Positions 58,700 through 64,000 of a stretch of DNA of 64,000 nucleotides are shown piece by piece; the first letter of the stretch is position 1; each line of letters starts with the position of its first letter. Location of the stretch: positions 314,169-378,168 of the forward strand of contig NW_005434631.1 in assembly GCF_000315625.1 (NCBI RefSeq), read 5' to 3'. The DNA is from Guillardia theta CCMP2712 (lineage: Eukaryota; Protista; Cryptophyta). The notes beneath the pieces are model-generated. The model did no database searches. It was given only the letters and a program-made list of their open reading frames with translations, and was not told the DNA's origin. The position numbers and the translations under genes were made by a program.

Positions 58700-60160
58700 A
58701 CATGGCAATAACTCAGTAGATGCACACGGCGGCCTGGTCTGACATCATTCTCTTGTTTGTAGACGTGCATTTTTGCGCAACTACGACTACTGTCAGAAGC
58801 ACGATTTCCAAATTCGGGTATTCATATGAGACTATCCCAGTGAATCAACTTAACCTAAGTGGCTTGCAGGCCATCGAGTTGTTGCAGGACTGTTCTTCTC
58901 CAAATTTATCTGTCAGGGTATCATGAAGTATGATCACAACGCAACTCGCTAAGAGTGTGATAGCACTCCATGAGCCTCACAAGCATGGGATACTGGATCA
59001 ATATCCTGACAAACTTCTTTCCAGATCACTCAAGTTGCTGGTGCTCCTCTTTATTTTGAGTATGGGCAATCTGATGACGTGTCAGGCGGATGCAATCAAG
59101 ATGCTTGCATTGAATGAACGTTTTGCTGCCGACTCTTCCATGGCAGGTGAATAAGCCATGGCAGGCTGGGATGATTGCAACGACTGGAATTCATTTTGTT
59201 GCAGCTCTGAATTTTTTCATCGATTCAAATTCCAAAAGGTTTTTCTTGTGATACATTTGAGACGTTCTCATCGTTGAGTACACAGCATGCGTCAGCTTTT
59301 AATGTCAATTTCTGGATCCAAGGCATTTGATCATTTGCACTGCTTGAGACTTGCTGAAAGTGATTTGACTGGAAGGATGATGCGTGGGAGCATTCTGACC
59401 CCAAGAAGGTGACGACTGTCGTCGAATGCAAGGCGTCTCTGAAAGGCATTATCTGTTAGGTCATGGTGTATAGCAAAGATGTGCCAGATCTGCTCCGCTT
59501 GATTGTCAACAAGATGGAGATCATAGAGAGGCATGCATACCTTCAGGTACATTTTACTGCTGTGTGCACTGGATGCACTGGATGGCTCATGCAGTTGTCT
59601 TGCAGGAGCAGCAGCATGAAGAACTTCGAGGATCGTTTCTCCGATTACGAGTGAACTCGATCTGCTTGATTGCCCAGTCCTGAAACCCTCCAGGCTGCTG
59701 TAGCCGACTTGACATACTCTGCAAGTTACTCGAGTGGTATCGGTTCGAGATATGGCACAGCTGCTGCGGCACCGCTTCCCTATGAGGTTGATGGATTGTT
59801 TCGAAATCTCCATGCAATGAAACTTCTATGCAGACGGATGAGGGAGATTGGAACAACGGATATGGACAGTATGAAGTTGGCGCTGGTCAAGGTGGGTTTC
59901 TTCCTGCCTCGCCGGTTGGTGCATGTCTGCAGTGAGCTGGTGATGTTGCAGAGAACAACTGGAATAGCGCAGCAGAGGCAGCAATGCAGGTGTGAAGGAT
60001 CTTTCCTCATGCACATGTTTGTGATTGACTTGCTTCAAGGGTATCTCTACGCCGCCAAAGACGCAGGTGAATAGACAGACAGACAAACAGATCTGGGGGA
60101 GGGGGCTGAAGTGAATGGCTGTGACTTATTCCGTTTGAAGGAACTCGGACCAAACGCAGA
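58700..60160 (+). CDS. Hypothetical multi-exon protein
   Basis: Series of short plus-strand ORFs with roughly 45-55 nt GT-AG intron candidates. No domain recognised. Confidence 0.35.
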
Positions 60161-61320
60161 ATTCATCAAGACGGTACTTTGATTTTGCTGTGAATAGATA
60201 AGAGAAGGGAAGAGAAGTGGGTCAGGGGATGAAGGGGTCAGGGGGTCAGGGGGTGGGGAAGGCTCATTGCCGATTGTCCTACGAATTCTGACTTATTTGG
60301 AAGGTGCCCACTGCGTGATAGACTGAGTGAATGAGTGAGAAAGCAACAGTCAGTAAGCAACAGGCTGTAGACTGACAGCGATGCGAACTAGCGACAGACT
60401 TATGACACTTCAGCGTTAACTGATCAACGTTCAGACCTTCATAAAAATAAACAAACTTTCGAAGCTCAGAATGCAATCGCTGCTGCCTCTTACTTACTTT
60501 CCACCTCATCCTGCGCTTCACAGCCATGGGCATCTTTGCATTGGCTCGCAACAATCATGCAGCAAAGCAGCGAAGGAATTGAGCGATTGTTGAGAGTATA
60601 TGATGGCTGGGCACATGCTTCGCTTCAATGCTGTTTGGTATCGAGAGACACGTAATGAAACGCGAAGATTAGGCCAATGACAACGATGCCGAAGTAGTTG
60701 ATGAAGGTTACGAGGGATCCCTCGTCTAGCATGCTCCCTTCAAATCAGAATCAGCTAGAGAATAAAGTAAAAGTAAAGAATGTGAGGTCGATATAAACCC
60801 TATTACTATGCGTCAGTGTTTGTTCGTAGAATCATCCCTGCCACATCGCTCTTGATCTTCCCTCGTCCTGCTACTTCGTCTTCCACTGCATCCTCTCTAC
60901 TATATCCTCAAGGTCGTCGTCTCACTCTTAGTTCCTCTCTCAAGCTGACTCTCCTTCCCTCCTCTTCATCTCCCTCTCTGCTTCGAGCATCGATCTAAGG
61001 AACATGCCGTCCCCACCAGTCCGTTATGCACCGTTATGGTCGTTATCGAGCTGCTGACCGTTACGTGACCGCTTCAACGTGTCGGTCAGAGCGGGGATGA
61101 GGTAAAGGAGCAATGGCGACAAGGGAGTGACGATGGGGTGATCAGACGAGCTTGTGGGTAGGGTGGTGGAAACATTACAGGGTGGTGAGTATCGGGGTGG
61201 GTATATTCAGTACGGGGTTGTCGCGGAAATTTGGTGGTGGGGAGATAGGTAGGGTACTTGCTCATCTGGGTGGAGACTTGGGGGTCCTGAAAATGGACGG
61301 GTGGGGATTCCAATCTCTCA

Positions 61321-61356
61321 GTGGCTAGGTGGCTAGGTGGCTAGGTGGCTAGGTGG
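61321..61356. repeat. (GTGGCTAG)4 tandem repeat just upstream of the HDAC ATG
   Basis: Read directly. Confidence 0.9.
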
Positions 61357-61392
61357 GTGTTGAGGGGTAGGGTGGTATGCTCGCAGGGTAAG

Positions 61393-64000
61393 ATGGCGAA
61401 GGTGGGATCCATGTCGCGGGCGCTGAAGGCGGCGAGAGCAGCCGGCATGCTAGCGAGAGCAGAAGGAGAAGACCCGGCGACTCATGCTCAAGCTCCTCCC
61501 TCCTCCCTTCCCTCCCAACCTTCCATGTCCTCCTCGCTACCTCTCCCAGGCTCTGCTCAACCCTCCTCCAGTCCTCCGCCTCTTACTTTCCCTCTCGCTG
61601 GTCCCTCATCATTCTCCGCACAGGCTGAGATGCAGGGCACTGCAGGCGCACAGACATTGTCGCAGCTCTCATGCAACATGCCCCCGCCTGCTCTCTCGCC
61701 CACATCCGGCCATGGTCAGCATGCCCGTGCATCAGCACAGTCGGCCGCCTCTTCATCCGACAAGGATGCGAGCCACACCCATCTCCCTTCTGCTCATGCC
61801 GGTTATGCTTGTTCTGGCTCTGGAACTCTTCCCAGCGGAAGATCGACAGGAGCCTGGAATCCGAAGCCGAGTTCGCAAGGGATGCAAGAGAAGGGAGGTG
61901 TTGTGGGGCAGTCAAACCATGCCAGTCAGGATTTCGATGTTCTTAAGATGGATTCTTTAGACTCAGTTGAACTTCTATGTAGAAAAGACTCCAAAGACAG
62001 GCTCGAGAATGTCTTGGACAATATACCGGGCTATGAAATTATCTCCAAGGCTGACAGGTATCTTGAAGACGAGAGCGTTCTAGACCACATCACAGGCTAC
62101 GAGGTGAATGTTTGTACAGACACTCTAGTTGCTGGTTGCGCTCACTCCTTGCCAGGTGATCGAACCTCCCATGAGGACAGGCTTCTTGCTGCCAGATGTC
62201 AACGACGGTATAAAGCCCGATGGACTGATGAGACCAGACATGAAACACGAGAGCTCGGACTGTATGATGGCAGAGGAGGAGGAGCAGGGGGAGCAAGAGG
62301 AAGGAGACGAAGATGATGAGGAGGAAGGAGCAGCCAACGATGATACGTGTGTGAACTGTGCACAGCCGAGCTTCGCCTGCCAGGGGAACATCTGCAGTCA
62401 GGAGCACTCGGTGACGGCGGACGTGATCTTCGAAGGGATTGAGACCGAGCGCAAGTACGGCGAGTACTTTTGTGAGGTAGCTTACATGCGGAGGATGGAG
62501 ATGGAAGCGAAGCGCATCGCCATGTCCATCATCTCCGATCCTCTTCGGTTCTCCCAGGCCGTCCCGTCGGCAACGATCCTCGCCTATGACGCGCACATGA
62601 CCCTCCACCGACCTGAGGAAGGTGACCATCACCCTGAGCGACCTCACCGCATCGCCGCCATGTACCAGCACCTCCTCGACGCCGGCATCGCGCGTCGGTG
62701 CACGCAGATCAAAGGGAGGGAGTGCACGGAGGAGGAGGTGCTGATGGTTCACTCGCTGCAGCACTGGCAGCAAGTGCACACGTCCTCCGCCGGAGTCGCC
62801 CGCGGCTGCTGCACGCAGATCGGGGCTGACACCTACTGCAACGAGTTCTCCGCCCTGTGCGCGCGCATGGCGACGGGGACGGTCGCTGAGGTCTGCAGGA
62901 GAGTTTTGAGAGGAGAAGCAGCCAACGGGGCGGCGCTGGTGCGACCTCCCGGCCATCACGCAGAGCACGAGACGATCATGGGATTTTGCTTCTTCAACTA
63001 CGTGGCTGTGGCTGCGGAGATTGCGAAGCGAGAGTTCGGCCTGCAACGAGTTCTGATCCTAGACTGGGATGTCCATCACGGGAATGGAACTCAGAGCATG
63101 TTCTTCAAGGACCCCTCCGTGCTCTACATCTCCCTCCACCGCTACGAGGACGGGAACTTCTACCCGGGAACAGGAGGAGCGCATGAAGTCGGTGTGGGAG
63201 CAGGCAGAGGCTTCAACATCAACATCCCCTGGCCGCATGATGAGGTTGGAGACGCCGAGTACCTCATGGCCTTCGAGAGCATCGTCATGCCTGTCGCTCG
63301 CTCGTTCAACCCTGAGCTCGTCCTCGTTTCCGCTGGCTTCGACGCTGCTGACGGCGACCCGCTAGGAGGATGTTCAGTGACGCCCTACGGGTACGCGATG
63401 ATGACCAACATGCTGCGAGGGCTGGCGGGAGGGAAGGTGGTGGTGGCGCTTGAGGGAGGATACAACCTGCGATCCATCGCTAACTCCATGGAGGGAGTGA
63501 TCCGAGTGCTGCTGGGAGAGGCTCCTCCTCCTCCCATGCAGCCGGAGAACGGAGCGAAAGAGGGAGGGAGCAGCAGCGTTCCTCTCTCGATAATCGAGTG
63601 CATCGACAACGTGCTCGAGATTCAGGCGCCTCTCTGGCCGGCTCTCTCCCTCGCCAGCCGAGTCTCCACCCCCAAGCCTGAGCTGCTCGAGCGAGGGGGG
63701 GGCAGACGTTCGCTCTCCTCCGGACGATTGCCCTCCCTCCGCGAGTGGTTGTCAAGTAGCCCCGGGAAGCAGCTGGGACGCAGGTGAAGTAGCTTGTTCC
63801 GCTCGCCTCTCCCTTCCTCGGCTCCTCTACCCCGTCTCTCCTCCTTCGTTGTGCTCTTCTCTCTCCATCTTTCGTACTTCAGACTCCTTGCATGCGAGGG
63901 AATCAGAGGAGGAATGACTTGCGCTAACAGCGGCATCTGGTGGTGGCACGTCAGAAGGCGGATGAAGTCAGGAAGCCGCTCTCAATCTTCGGGTACACTC
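61393..64000 (+). CDS. Class II histone deacetylase (HDAC6/10, HDA5/HDA15-like) with long low-complexity N-terminus; probably continues past the window
   Basis: Exon 1 ~61393-62103, intron 62104-62155, exon 2 to ~63783. Motifs HPERPHRI, RPPGHHA, GFCFFNYVA, DWDVHHGNGTQ, SAGFDAADGDPLG, LEGGYNL. Confidence 0.92.

Noticed and set aside
60225-60260. GGGGTCA repeats as possible telomeric sequence
   Set aside because: Only 2-3 imperfect units, with no tandem telomere-type array.
1-64000. tRNA, rRNA or snRNA genes
   Set aside because: None recognised by eye. tRNAscan-SE or Infernal would be needed to exclude them.

Overview
Gene-dense, intron-rich eukaryotic nuclear DNA. It has short GT-AG introns often filled with (CCT)n/(GGA)n tracts, and three 100-N gaps. 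Composition, intron style and gene content suggest an algal protist, most likely a cryptophyte such as Guillardia theta (inference, not verified). Genes in order: 3' end of an ammonium transporter; GT49 (LARGE/B4GAT1-like) glycosyltransferase; PHO80/U-type cyclin; TPR + USP7-like deubiquitinase; a 5'-truncated RLE-type non-LTR retrotransposon; SGNH/PC-esterase (NXPE-like) protein; a signal-peptide protein with seven near-identical PH modules; SLC13/DASS transporter; GST-kappa; ABHD17-like hydrolase; PPR protein; COG4; JMJD5-like oxygenase; an unknown gene; a signal-peptide thioredoxin + thioredoxin reductase fusion; a PHD-MATH-SUMO-like-UBA-RRM-RING-Ubl-RRM protein; two to three hypothetical genes; a class II HDAC running off the end. 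Most notable: (1) the PH array, homogenised at DNA level with mosaic silent variants and a foreign intron-like segment in one copy; (2) the secretory Trx-TrxR fusion with a SAP-like insert; (3) the multi-domain RNA/ubiquitin/SUMO protein; (4) a recurring intergenic architecture of palindrome/CCGG patches, AACGG clusters, GGGGT patches and AT patches, one instance holding a captured LINE fragment. Exon boundaries were read by eye and are approximate.
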